Positions 9,103 to 17,666 of a stretch of DNA of 43,322 nucleotides are shown here, one piece after another; position 1 is the stretch's first letter, and each line of letters opens with the position of its first letter. The stretch is taken from the IMG/VR virus record IMGVR_UViG_638341087_000022; one strand, written 5' to 3'. Made by a program: the position numbers and the translations under genes. The notes below the pieces were generated by a model. It had not been told where the DNA came from, did no database searches, and saw nothing but the letters and a program-made list of their open reading frames with translations. The stretch is from a virus. Taxonomy: Duplodnaviria > Heunggongvirae > Uroviricota > Caudoviricetes.

Positions 9103-9336
9103 ATGAAAGCACTTGATAAAGCAATATGCATCGTAGGGGGTGCAACCCGTTTAGCAGAAAAGCTCAATGTATCCCCAATGACGGTCAGTCACTGGCGTCA
9201 CCGTGACAATGGATTCGTACCGGCTAACCGTGTCATTCCTATTTTCAATGCTACAGGTGTAACTCCACATGAGTTACGCCCTGATTTGTACCTCAACCCT
9301 ACGGATGGATTACCGGCTCAGGAAGCGAGGGCATAA
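9103..9336 (+). CDS. Cro/YdaS-like HTH regulator (77 aa)
   Basis: Internal ATG of track ORF 8872..9336 with GGAG RBS; HTH segment GGATRLAEKLNVSPMTVSHW. Confidence 0.6.
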   Translation: MKALDKAICIVGGATRLAEKLNVSPMTVSHWRHRDNGFVPANRVIPIFNATGVTPHELRPDLYLNPTDGLPAQEARA

Positions 9337-9338
9337 CC

Positions 9339-9878
9339 ATGCAGTCACTATCACTTCATCAAAATAGCGGATATCAAACGGCTGCGATGATAAATCGCAA
9401 TCAACCTGTCTCGGTAGATAAACATGACCAGATCCGCGATGCCGTTCGTGCGTGGGCGGGTGTAGATGGTCAGGATGTCGTTTCTGCTCTGATCATCGAA
9501 GAGTACCAGGCTCAAGGGGGAGACGAGATCACTTTCCCTGATGACCTCAGCCGACAGCGTCAGAAGCTTTTCCGCTTTCTGGATAACCATTTCAACAGCG
9601 AACGGTACCGCGAAAACGTTCGCCAGCTGACTCCGGCAATCCTCGCTGTCCTGCCGATTGAATACCGCAATCGTCTGCTACCAGAAGACAACGTAATGGC
9701 TCGTCTGGCAAGGCTGGAGAAGGAAACCAGCGAAGCGAAGATTGCTGTCGCAATGGATGCGCCACGTCATCAGAAGCTGAAAGAGTTGAGCGAGGGGATC
9801 GTGGAGATGTATCGCGTTGACCCTGGGTTAACCGGTCCGTTGATGGAAATGGTGCAGATTATGCTGGGGGCTATATGA
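9339..9878 (+). CDS. CII-position protein, possibly YdaT-like (179 aa)
   Basis: Immediately after the Cro-like gene and before O; assignment is by position and vague recollection only. Confidence 0.35.
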   Translation: MQSLSLHQNSGYQTAAMINRNQPVSVDKHDQIRDAVRAWAGVDGQDVVSALIIEEYQAQGGDEITFPDDLSRQRQKLFRFLDNHFNSERYRENVRQLTPAILAVLPIEYRNRLLPEDNVMARLARLEKETSEAKIAVAMDAPRHQKLKELSEGIVEMYRVDPGLTGPLMEMVQIMLGAI

Positions 9879-9962
9879 CCGGTTCAAAAATGGCGAAAGC
9901 CGCGGTGCTCGAACACCAACGGCTTTCAGGTGCAAAAACAGTGCGTAATTGCGGAGAACAGT

Positions 9963-10871
9963 ATGTCAAACACCGCTGAAATAATCAATTTCCCAAATAA
10001 AACCGAACAACCGGGAGGTCGTATGGCCGACCTGTCGAACGGGTATACCAAGGTCGCTAACGAGATCCAACAGCTTAAGCCTCGCCTGAGACTGTCAGGC
10101 CGGGAATGGCAATGTTTTGAGGCGGTGATCTGGCTTACCTACGGCTGGAACAAGAAACAGGACCGCGTGACAAATACGGTTATTGCCGAGCTTACGGGCC
10201 TGAGCGATACGCATGTATCGGACGCGCTTAAGTCTCTCGCAGAACGCAAAATCATCTTTTCACAGAAGCAGGGCATGATGAAAATCGTCGGTGTAAACAC
10301 TGACCTTTCAGCATGGATTTTAGACAAACCGGAAACGGGAAGAAAATTCCCGAAAACGGGAAAATCCTTCCCGAAATCAGGAATAACCTTCCCGAAAACG
10401 GTAGACACCCAATACAAGAACAAGAACAGTATTAAAAGATCTTCGTCCGAGAATTCTGACGAATCCTCTGACGCACGTCTGAAGAAATTTTTATCAACTC
10501 ATCCTGAAGCTGCGGTCTACACACCATCCGGTGCGAAGTGGGGCTCTGCTGAAGACCTCGAGACAGCTAAGTGGATTTCCTCCAGGGTGAAGCTGATTAA
10601 CCCAACCTGCAAAGCCCCGGACATGACCTCCTGGTCTAACACTGTTCGCCTGATGCGCCAGATAGACGACCGGTCGCACCAGGACATCTGCGCGCTGTAT
10701 GACTGGGCTAGCAAACACCACTTCTGGCAGACCAACATCCTGAGTCCCGAAAGCCTGCGTAAGCAGTGGGACAAGCTGACAATGCAGCGTAACGCCGGAG
10801 GTGAGCAGCGCGCTGTCAAGCCAGATCTGGACTTCAACAACACTGACTGGGCCTATGGGGTGATCCGATGA
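9963..10871 (+). CDS. O: Replication initiator, lambda O-like (302 aa)
   Basis: N-terminus NTAEIINFPNKT and TYGWNK..DR match lambda O; iteron repeats are embedded in the coding sequence. Confidence 0.8.
   Translation: MSNTAEIINFPNKTEQPGGRMADLSNGYTKVANEIQQLKPRLRLSGREWQCFEAVIWLTYGWNKKQDRVTNTVIAELTGLSDTHVSDALKSLAERKIIFSQKQGMMKIVGVNTDLSAWILDKPETGRKFPKTGKSFPKSGITFPKTVDTQYKNKNSIKRSSSENSDESSDARLKKFLSTHPEAAVYTPSGAKWGSAEDLETAKWISSRVKLINPTCKAPDMTSWSNTVRLMRQIDDRSHQDICALYDWASKHHFWQTNILSPESLRKQWDKLTMQRNAGGEQRAVKPDLDFNNTDWAYGVIR
10326..10445. repeat. Replication origin: four iterons plus AT-rich tract inside O
   Basis: Four repeats of the TTCCCGAAAACGGGAA type followed by an AT-rich tract; same pattern as lambda ori iterons. 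Confidence 0.6.
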
Positions 10872-11557
10872 AATCTCTTGCAGAGCAGATGCGTAACCAC
10901 GACCGCGAGCAGATGAGCCGCATGGCCCATAACCTGCCAGAGCAGTACCAGGAGTGCGCGCCGGTCGAGCAGGTGGCGCAGGTATTCAACAAGCTGTTCA
11001 ACGAGCTGCGCGCCGCGTTCCCGGCCAGCATGGCGAACTTCCGCACCCAGGAAGACCTGAACGAATTCCGCCGTCAGTGGCTGCTGGCGTTTCAGGAGAA
11101 CGGGATCCACACCATGGCTCAGGTCGATGCCGGCATGCGCATTGCCCGCCGCCAGGAGCGCCCATTCCTGCCGTCGCCGGGCCAGTTCGTCGCCTGGTGC
11201 AAGCAGAGCGGCGGCGCGCTGGGCGTCAACGTTGACCAGGTGATCGCCGAATACTGGGACTGGCGTAACCGCTCGTTCGAATTCATCTCCAGCGAGCAAT
11301 TTCCATGGTCGCAGCCGGTCATGTACCACATTTGCGTAGAATTGCGCCACCGCAGCACCGAGCGCCAGTTAACGCATGGTGAACTGGCACGCGAGGCAGG
11401 CGATCTGCTGGACATGTGGGAAAGGCGCGTCACCGAGGGTAAGCCAGTGCCGCCGGTACGCCGGGCTATTGCCGCACCAGCTGCCGAGCAAGGGCCGACG
11501 CCGATCCAGCTGCTGCTGGCCAAGTACAACCGCAACAAGTCGAACGGGATGGTGTGA
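10868..11557 (+). CDS. P: Replication protein P (helicase loader), lambda P-like (229 aa)
   Basis: Strong colinear match to lambda P, e.g. RPFLPSPGQFVAWC; ATGA overlap with O. Confidence 0.85.
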   Translation: MKSLAEQMRNHDREQMSRMAHNLPEQYQECAPVEQVAQVFNKLFNELRAAFPASMANFRTQEDLNEFRRQWLLAFQENGIHTMAQVDAGMRIARRQERPFLPSPGQFVAWCKQSGGALGVNVDQVIAEYWDWRNRSFEFISSEQFPWSQPVMYHICVELRHRSTERQLTHGELAREAGDLLDMWERRVTEGKPVPPVRRAIAAPAAEQGPTPIQLLLAKYNRNKSNGMV

Positions 11558-11558
11558 C

Positions 11559-11799
11559 ATGAACATAACAATCCGTGAGCAGGTGCTGGCAGCCCTGCGC
11601 AACAACCCAGGGTTGAACAACGCCAAACTGGCAGGGCTTCCCGGAGTGGTACATCATCGATCAGGACTATCGGGGGCAGAAGTACGCGAAGGACAAGCAG
11701 GTTGCGCGTTGTGGCAACGCAGTTCCGCCGCCATTCGCCGAGGCACTGGTGAGGGCTAATTTACCGGAGCTTTGTCAGCAGAAAGAGATCGCAGCTTAA
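11559..11799 (+). pseudogene. Remnant of a C5-cytosine DNA methyltransferase gene (N-terminal stub joined out of frame to a 3' end)
   Basis: ATG at 11559 gives MNITIREQVLAALRNNPGLNNAKLAG; an alternative frame reads QGFPEWYIIDQDYRGQKYAKDKQVARCGNAVPPPFAEALVRANLPELCQQKEIAA*, a typical C5-MTase C-terminus (GNAVPP motif). Confidence 0.5.
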
Positions 11800-11898
11800 T
11801 GTCCGAGTTTCAGAACATGGTGTAACAAATCCTGCTACTTCAATGACGTAGATTCAAACCTGATATAATTAGGCTCTTCACAACACGAGGAGCCTAAA

Positions 11899-12135
11899 AT
11901 GCACCATTACATGATCCCTATCAACGGAACTGTTCACCTGATCAAGACTGACTCTCTAATCCCTGAAGGGACTGAGTATAGCTTTGAAGGAGAAAGTCTA
12001 ATCTGCGCTCATGCCACTTTTAAATCTGGGACGTATGGCTTCCTGATACCAAAGGGAAATCAGTTGAATAGAGAGCATGCGTTCTGGCATGTAAGTGGAA
12101 TTCACCCTAATCCCCTGGGAATGGATAAATCGTAA
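11899..12135 (+). CDS. Hypothetical moron protein (78 aa)
   Basis: ATG with GAGGAG RBS; AT-rich; sits between two copies of the methyltransferase 3' end. Confidence 0.45.
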   Translation: MHHYMIPINGTVHLIKTDSLIPEGTEYSFEGESLICAHATFKSGTYGFLIPKGNQLNREHAFWHVSGIHPNPLGMDKS

Positions 12136-12289
12136 TCCATAATATGCATGCCATCGTCCTGAACATACGGTGGCATGCATCCGGCACTACAACAGAAACG
12201 TTAAAGTGCAAACAATACAATTCGAGCAATATTCAACCTGTCACAGATGGCGAATACCACCGCCATTTCGTGCATTCTGTGGTTTCTAT

Positions 12290-12387
12290 TACCCATTGCG
12301 TTAATGCTGTCCAATCATCAGCTCGCTGAGGCGCTGGTTAGGGCTAACCTACAGGAGCTTTGTCAGCAGAAACAAATAGCGGCGTAA
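12290..12387 (+). pseudogene. Second, degraded copy of the methyltransferase 3' end
   Basis: Reads ...HCVNAVQSSAR* and, in a shifted frame, EALVRANLQELCQQKQIAA*; direct repeat of 11740-11799 at roughly 85 percent identity. Confidence 0.4.
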
Positions 12388-12406
12388 TAAAACATCGCTA
12401 ATTCAA

Positions 12407-12432
12407 CCCGCTACGGCGGGTTTTCTTTTTTT
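12407..12432 (+). terminator. Intrinsic terminator
   Basis: CCCGC-TACG-GCGGG followed by TTTTCTTTTTTT. Confidence 0.6.
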
Positions 12433-12494
12433 ACTACTGACAGAAAATTAACAATTTGTGCTCTTAAAGCGTTGATCATTTCCGCGCATAGGTA

Positions 12495-12514
12495 TACTGT
12501 ATAAAAACACAGTA
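12495..12514. promoter_or_regulatory. LexA (SOS) box
   Basis: TACTGTATAAAAACACAGTA: perfect CTGT-N8-ACAG, 19 bp upstream of the DinI-like start codon. Confidence 0.65.
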
Positions 12515-12532
12515 AATGCAATGGGGGCCATT

Positions 12533-12766
12533 ATGAAAGTTGAATTAACCATTGATCGCATGAAAGAACTTCCTAAAGGCGCAGTACCAGCACTGGAGAA
12601 AGAACTGCTTAAGCGCCTGAATGATCACTATGACAATTGCAGGCTCACAATCCGCCGTGCCGGGGCCGATGGGTTAAGTGTTTTTGGTGGTGACAAGGAC
12701 GATAAAAAGAAAATTGAATCAATCCTCCAGGATACCTGGGAAAGCGCTGACGACTGGTTTTATTAG
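12533..12766 (+). CDS. dinI: DinI-family protein (77 aa)
   Basis: C-terminal ILQDTWESADDWFY matches E. coli DinI; GGGGG RBS; LexA box upstream. Confidence 0.8.
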   Translation: MKVELTIDRMKELPKGAVPALEKELLKRLNDHYDNCRLTIRRAGADGLSVFGGDKDDKKKIESILQDTWESADDWFY

Positions 12767-12883
12767 AATTGCGCTTAAGGCTGGCGCGCATTTTTCAGAA
12801 TACCGCAATTTGCGTAACCCTCTGATGCTGCTGCCGACAATCTTTAATCGCGTCTGTTAGTCGCTCGAAGGGAGAACATAAAT

Positions 12884-13132
12884 GTGAGTGATTCAGCTTT
12901 GCAAACGTCAGAAGACAACTGGTATGACATTGTAAGAAGGTCTGACGGCTGCGTGGTGTTTAGCTTTCCTTCATCGGGCAGGCATCTAATTTATCGCGTC
13001 AATGGCATGGTTTCTATGCGGCCTTTGCTGGATGATGAAGAGGTCTTTACTCCTAATGGTTTTATGCAGTTTATTCACCGTCTCGGCTACCGGGTAACCC
13101 CACCTTCTGATAATATGAAATCAACGGTCTGA
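12884..13132 (+). CDS. Hypothetical protein (82 aa), downstream of the DinI-like gene
   Basis: GTG start in the ORF track; no terminator between it and the DinI-like gene, so it may be co-transcribed under LexA control. Confidence 0.4.
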   Translation: MSDSALQTSEDNWYDIVRRSDGCVVFSFPSSGRHLIYRVNGMVSMRPLLDDEEVFTPNGFMQFIHRLGYRVTPPSDNMKSTV

Positions 13133-13166
13133 ACAACCGTAACCTACTGCGCCACGGAGAGAAACC

Positions 13167-13766
13167 ATGGCGCACGAACTACAACTCATCAAGCAGTCAT
13201 CAGGAATCCTGATCCCCGCGACGCCGGAGACCAGCGATATTCTGCAATCAAAAATCAAACTCGGCGCCGTGCTGGTAGCCGAATTTCGCCAGGTGAGGAA
13301 TCCCGCATTCCATCGCCGTTTTTTTGCGCTCCTGAATCTCGGGTTTGAATACTGGGAACCTACTGGAGGGGCGATATCCAGCAATGAGCGTAAGCTCGTA
13401 AATGGTTATGCTAAATTCCTCGCGGCATTTGGTGGAAACGAAGGCGCACTGCTGGATGCTGCCGAGCAATATCTGGACCGCATCGCCGATAAGCGCGCCG
13501 GTAGCATCAGCATCTGCAAATCCTATGATGCTTATCGCGCCTGGGTGATCGTCGAGTCTGGTCACTATGACGCTATTCAGCTTCCTGACGGAACACTTCG
13601 CAAACATCCCCGCAGTATTGCCTTCGCTAACATGGACGAAACCGAATTCCAGGATCTGTATAAATCTGCTCTGGATGTGCTCTGGCGCTGGATATTGTCC
13701 CGCACTTTCAACAGCAGGGAAGAGGCCGAGAATGCCGCCGCCCAGCTTATGAGCTTTGCGGGGTAA
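13167..13766 (+). CDS. nin-region protein of unknown function (199 aa)
   Basis: ATG with GGAGAG RBS; sits where lambdoid prophages carry NinB/YbcN-type genes; no confident motif. Confidence 0.45.
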   Translation: MAHELQLIKQSSGILIPATPETSDILQSKIKLGAVLVAEFRQVRNPAFHRRFFALLNLGFEYWEPTGGAISSNERKLVNGYAKFLAAFGGNEGALLDAAEQYLDRIADKRAGSISICKSYDAYRAWVIVESGHYDAIQLPDGTLRKHPRSIAFANMDETEFQDLYKSALDVLWRWILSRTFNSREEAENAAAQLMSFAG

Positions 13767-13972
13767 TGGCGATGAGAGAAACATGGTTCCATTACCCCCA
13801 ATGTACCACCCAGCAGGCTGAAGAGCTTATGGCGGAATACCGGCGTCGAGGTATTAGGGTTGAGCGCAGCCTTAATCCCGATTACATCACCTGGACCGTC
13901 AGCGCCCGGCTGCCGGAGGGGAAGAAACCGCCGCGAACCAGTCGCCGCTGGCAAAACAGGGTGTGGGGGTGA
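13766..13972 (+). CDS. Hypothetical small protein (68 aa), NinE position
   Basis: ATG overlaps the upstream stop (TAATG); no recognised motif. Confidence 0.4.
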   Translation: MAMRETWFHYPQCTTQQAEELMAEYRRRGIRVERSLNPDYITWTVSARLPEGKKPPRTSRRWQNRVWG

Positions 13973-14256
13973 GCGTGGCTATCTATCGCAGCAAAAAATG
14001 GCTCGCCGCCGTCGGGCAGATCGAGCGTTGTGTTCTTTGTGGAGCATGGGGAACGCAGGTGGCACACCGGAACGAAGGGAAAGGCATGGGATTAAAAACC
14101 GATGACTGTGCGACAGCTGCGCTCTGCATTTGCTGTCATGACAGCATTGATAACGGGAATAAGCTGAACAGGGAGGAGCGTCGGCAGCTTATGGACCGCG
14201 CGATTGTTCTGACAGTGATTGAAGTTGCCCGCCGTGGGCTGGTGGTGCCCGTATGA
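13963..14256 (+). CDS. Cys/His-rich nin-region protein (97 aa), possibly YbcO-like
   Basis: CxxC...H...C.CC.H pattern; immediately upstream of rusA, as ybcO is in DLP12. Start codon uncertain (GTG). Confidence 0.4.
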   Translation: MGVSVAIYRSKKWLAAVGQIERCVLCGAWGTQVAHRNEGKGMGLKTDDCATAALCICCHDSIDNGNKLNREERRQLMDRAIVLTVIEVARRGLVVPV

Positions 14257-14609
14257 AAATTTACGAAATAACGCCGATTGGCAAGCCCCGAATGACTCAG
14301 CGTGACCGATGGCATAAACGGCCAGCAACAGCAGCGTACTGGGCATACAAAGAACGGGTCAGGTTGCTGGGCATTCGCCTGCCAGAGTCCGGATATCACG
14401 TCACGTTCGTCATCCCCATGCCAAAGAGCTGGAGTAAGACGAAGCGGGAGAAATACGCCGGGCAGCCACATCAGCAGAAGCCAGACAAAGACAATCTGGA
14501 AAAGGCGCTGCTGGATGCAGTGTTTGACGAGGATAGCCATGTCTGGGACGGGCGTGTTACCAAAATCTGGGGAGAAACCGGGCAAATTATCATCGGGGAG
14601 GCCAGATGA
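14253..14609 (+). CDS. rusA: RusA Holliday-junction resolvase (118 aa)
   Basis: Size, conserved DKDNLEKALLDA acidic motif and position just upstream of Q. Confidence 0.8.
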   Translation: MKIYEITPIGKPRMTQRDRWHKRPATAAYWAYKERVRLLGIRLPESGYHVTFVIPMPKSWSKTKREKYAGQPHQQKPDKDNLEKALLDAVFDEDSHVWDGRVTKIWGETGQIIIGEAR

Positions 14610-14743
14610 AGCCAGAAACGCTCGAGGAACTCCGCGCACGCTGGCAGCGCCTTCGCATTTACCGCTACCGTGGATCGGTGCTGGTGGATTACCGCATTCT
14701 TCGTAATTTTGTTCGCATCTATCATTCAGCAGGAGCCGCATAA
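14606..14743 (+). CDS. Small basic protein (45 aa), YlcG-position; not in the ORF track
   Basis: ATGA overlap with rusA and TAATG overlap with Q; same size and position as DLP12 ylcG. Confidence 0.4.
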   Translation: MKPETLEELRARWQRLRIYRYRGSVLVDYRILRNFVRIYHSAGAA

Positions 14744-15552
14744 TGAACCTCGAATCAATCGCTAAATATTTCGCGCCAAAATCACCGATGTTCAGTGACT
14801 CCTCGAGGGCGACTGCCACCGACAACCTGACCGGAACTGATGTTATGGCCGCGCTTGGACTGGTTAACGCCAAGTGTGGGTTTGGATTTGATTTGTACCT
14901 TGCAAAAATTGGCATCAGCAGCCCGGATCGGGCAATGGAGGCGCTTTATGAATCATCCGTTGAACTTTGCCGACGCTTCAAATCAGTTTCAGAACTCAAT
15001 GAAGAAATCCGTCGGCGAGTTCTCGAAATTTTGTGTGCTTTTGCATATCAGGATTATGCCCGCAGCGCGGCAAGTGTCAGACGCTGTGATTGCTGCGCTG
15101 GTAGCGGCCTCATCGAAGCTGATGTCTTCACAAACAAGGTCCAATACCCGGACGGTAAGCCTCCGGTATGGGCGAAGGCTACAAAAGGAGTGTTTCCGTC
15201 GTATTGGGAAGAATGGAAGTCTGTACGGGAGACTGCGCGGGTTATGTGCAATACCTGTAACGGCAAGGGTGTTATCAGCAATGCGTGTCGCTGTCATGGG
15301 AAAGGGAAGGTACTGGATAAGAAGGCAACTGAATTACAGGGCGTTCCGGTGATGAAAGTTTGTGAGCGGTGTACGGGCAGAGGTTATGCCAGGTTAAAAT
15401 TCTCCAATGTGTTAGAAGGTATCCGCACCACATGGGATGTGAAGAAAACGACGGCATATGAGCAAGTGCAACCGTTGTTTGAACTGCTGGTGGAGGAATG
15501 CCATCGTCAGGAGAGTTATGCAGACAGCGCCTTAAAGTCAGTTACCCGTTAG
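14743..15552 (+). CDS. Q: Late-gene antiterminator Q, lambda-type (269 aa)
   Basis: N-terminus ESIAKYFAPKSPMFSDSSRATATDNLTGTDVMAALG closely parallels lambda Q; CxxC Zn-finger pairs; C-terminal ESYADSALKSVTR parallels lambda ESIADNILNAVTR. Confidence 0.85.
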   Translation: MNLESIAKYFAPKSPMFSDSSRATATDNLTGTDVMAALGLVNAKCGFGFDLYLAKIGISSPDRAMEALYESSVELCRRFKSVSELNEEIRRRVLEILCAFAYQDYARSAASVRRCDCCAGSGLIEADVFTNKVQYPDGKPPVWAKATKGVFPSYWEEWKSVRETARVMCNTCNGKGVISNACRCHGKGKVLDKKATELQGVPVMKVCERCTGRGYARLKFSNVLEGIRTTWDVKKTTAYEQVQPLFELLVEECHRQESYADSALKSVTR

Positions 15553-15593
15553 AAAAATTTTTCACGGTCAATTCTTTTTATAGAAAATAACTG

Positions 15594-15622
15594 TTGTGTT
15601 TTCCGGAAAATCTGTCTACTAT
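15594..15622 (+). promoter_or_regulatory. Candidate late promoter (pR'-like)
   Basis: TTGTGT-17 bp-TACTAT about 40 bp downstream of the Q stop; assignment by position only. Confidence 0.3.
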
Positions 15623-15962
15623 CAACTCTAACGCTGGGAATCCGTTCAATCGTTTCGGCCAGCAATAAAACATATAAGCCCTGCGGTTAATTCCGTGGGG
15701 CCTTCGCGTTTCTGAAGGGGAAGAAAATGCCATGTCATTAAACGGATAGGCCGTAGCAGCCAAATGGCGGCAATCTCAGGGTTATACCTGAGCCCGAGTC
15801 TCTCGACGTGAGCCAGCTTCGCATCTGGTTAGGGTTAATGAATAGTAGTAGCGCCGGTGAAGCATCAGGAACGCCAATCCTGAACTGGTTATGGGCGGCC
15901 ATAGGGCGGCATATGACTCAAAGGCATGAGCGCGGCCACTGCGAGAGTGTGGAACGAATTTC

Positions 15963-16037
15963 GCCGGTCTAGTTCAGTGGGAGAACGGCAGATTTGTAAT
16001 CTGCGCGTCAGAGGTTCGATTCCTTTGCCCGGCACCA
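15963..16037 (+). tRNA. tRNA-Thr (anticodon UGU), phage-encoded
   Basis: Manual cloverleaf: acceptor GCCGGTC/GCCCGGC (one U6-C67 mismatch), D-arm GTTC-AGTGGGA-GAAC, anticodon arm GCAGA-TTTGTAA-TCTGC, T-arm AGAGG-TTCGATT-CCTTT, discriminator A plus CCA. Confidence 0.65.
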
Positions 16038-16092
16038 GAACCCAGCCAGGGTATCTTCAGCCGCAGAGCTGACATTGCCACACCATCATATT

Positions 16093-16114
16093 CCCGCCGA
16101 GAGCGGGTTTTTTA
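16093..16114 (+). terminator. Intrinsic terminator downstream of the tRNA
   Basis: CCCGC-CGAGA-GCGGG followed by TTTTTT. Confidence 0.6.
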
Positions 16115-16465
16115 ATTTTGCGGAATACTTTTTTAATCGCAGAAAAGCATGTCGTTTCGTTTTGATAGGAAAAAACGATGGATAGGCAACACAAGGCTCT
16201 AATGTGCGTAAGTTTGATGGATATGATAATTACGCACAGCTTATCAACAATATTTTGCTATTAGTTAAGTTGTGAATAACTTTTTTTGTTGATAACTCTT
16301 TTTTCTGTGGATAAGTCTGTAGGTTTATTAAATTCTTATGCACAAGTAGAACGCTGATGGTCCTGTACAATCCCGTAAAAGCTTCAATACTGATGACAGC
16401 AATATAAAAACCTATCCAGTGAAGCTATTGAAAACATACAGAATTTGGTTTTCTTCGGGAAAATT

Positions 16466-17221
16466 ATGTCAGGACAGCCTGAGTCAAAAGAACAAGAACT
16501 GCTTGCAACAATCCTCGATTACTTCCAGAAGGGAGAAGTCCCGGATACAGACACTATTGCGGAAATTGAGCACGACATTGCTAAACTTCCAATAAGTGAG
16601 CGCGCACATGCGTATGCATGGCTTAATGGAACTCTCGGGCGTCACTCTGATGCAGTACGTTTATTCAAAGACGCGATGAGCTCTGGGAGTCCAACGATCG
16701 CACAAAACTACTTGGCGTATCTTTCTCGTTCGGCTCATAACTATGAGCATCGCGTTGAGTTGTTTAGAATAGTTGAGCTTTTCCCTTCACATGAACTGAG
16801 GCTTGTAGCAAGAAACGCTGCATTTTGTATCGGCAACGACAAGTTGGTTAAAAAGTTCTCCCTCAAAATGGCTGCTCTTTATGATGGCCAAGAGCGAGAG
16901 GATATAATCAATCAGGGAAATTATATGGCTGAACAGATTGTTGATTTCAAAAACGCTACCCGTCTTTCTTCTCGAGAACTAGAAGCCCTTTGCGATCAAG
17001 CTGAAGAGATTGCGAACAAGCGCGGTATTAACTGTTCAAGTGTTAGCTATTATCTTGGTGGAGATGATGACAATGCATTCATCGTTAGAGCCCAAACTGC
17101 TGATCCGCAGGTTTTAGCTGAAATGAACATGGAACTGTTGGTTTTGCTCTCAGATGATAGTTATCGGAACAGCCCTTTTACATCCTGGTTCCAAAGCGAT
17201 GAAAAAAGAGGGATTTACTGA
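16466..17221 (+). CDS. Cargo protein A, unknown function (251 aa)
   Basis: ATG at 16466 (the track start at 16445 is TTG); AT-rich; no recognised catalytic motif; first gene of a two-gene operon in the Q-to-lysis slot. Confidence 0.6.
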   Translation: MSGQPESKEQELLATILDYFQKGEVPDTDTIAEIEHDIAKLPISERAHAYAWLNGTLGRHSDAVRLFKDAMSSGSPTIAQNYLAYLSRSAHNYEHRVELFRIVELFPSHELRLVARNAAFCIGNDKLVKKFSLKMAALYDGQEREDIINQGNYMAEQIVDFKNATRLSSRELEALCDQAEEIANKRGINCSSVSYYLGGDDDNAFIVRAQTADPQVLAEMNMELLVLLSDDSYRNSPFTSWFQSDEKRGIY

Positions 17222-17625
17222 TGAGCGTATCGGGGAAAGATTTTATTGTTTTTGCTGGTAAATGCATTTCTCACAACGATGAAATCGGTTACAGAAACGC
17301 CATTGGTCGAGCGTATTATGGAGTTTATCATGAAACGCTTGATAAGCTTGAGAAATGCCCAAACAAGTCGTCACACCAAGCTGTTCGCGACTATCTTACA
17401 AATGATGCATGGTTAAAAGGAAATGAGCCGTTTGAAAAAATGAAACTCATTTCTATGGGAACAATGCTGAGACATTTGCATACCCGACGTAAATGGGCAG
17501 ATTACGAGCTTGATAGAACTTTAAGTAAGGCTGATGCGGAAGCTATATTGATAATGGCTAACAAAGCTATTGACACCCTTCAGCAGATGTATGAGCAGGT
17601 TTATCCATCCGAACCTGCTGCTTGA
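17221..17625 (+). CDS. Cargo protein B, unknown function (134 aa) with an Arg-x6-His motif
   Basis: Start overlaps the stop of A (TGATG); motif RAYYGVYH fits the HEPN-style Rx4-6H spacing, unverified; followed by an intrinsic terminator. Confidence 0.6.
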   Translation: MSVSGKDFIVFAGKCISHNDEIGYRNAIGRAYYGVYHETLDKLEKCPNKSSHQAVRDYLTNDAWLKGNEPFEKMKLISMGTMLRHLHTRRKWADYELDRTLSKADAEAILIMANKAIDTLQQMYEQVYPSEPAA

Positions 17626-17642
17626 TTATCTATTCGAAATAA

Positions 17643-17666
17643 CCTCGCTTAAGCGGGGTTTTTTTA
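17643..17666 (+). terminator. Intrinsic terminator ending the cargo operon
   Basis: CCTCGC-TTAA-GCGGGG followed by TTTTTTT. Confidence 0.6.

Noticed and set aside
10853-11657. Long antisense and alternative-frame ORFs across the P gene (10853..11350 -, 10954..11235 +, 11119..11571 -)
   Set aside because: GC-rich region inside a gene with a strong lambda P match; these are frame artefacts.
12145-12180. Imperfect 11-bp inverted repeat (ATGCATGCCATCG...CGGTGGCATGCAT) as a terminator or regulatory site
   Set aside because: No U-tract and one mismatch; lies in decayed remnant sequence.
15740-15960. Possible additional tRNA genes upstream of the tRNA-Thr
   Set aside because: No second T-loop/acceptor combination could be folded by eye; the CTCAGG-GTTATA-CCTGAG hairpin has a 6-nt loop, not an anticodon arm.
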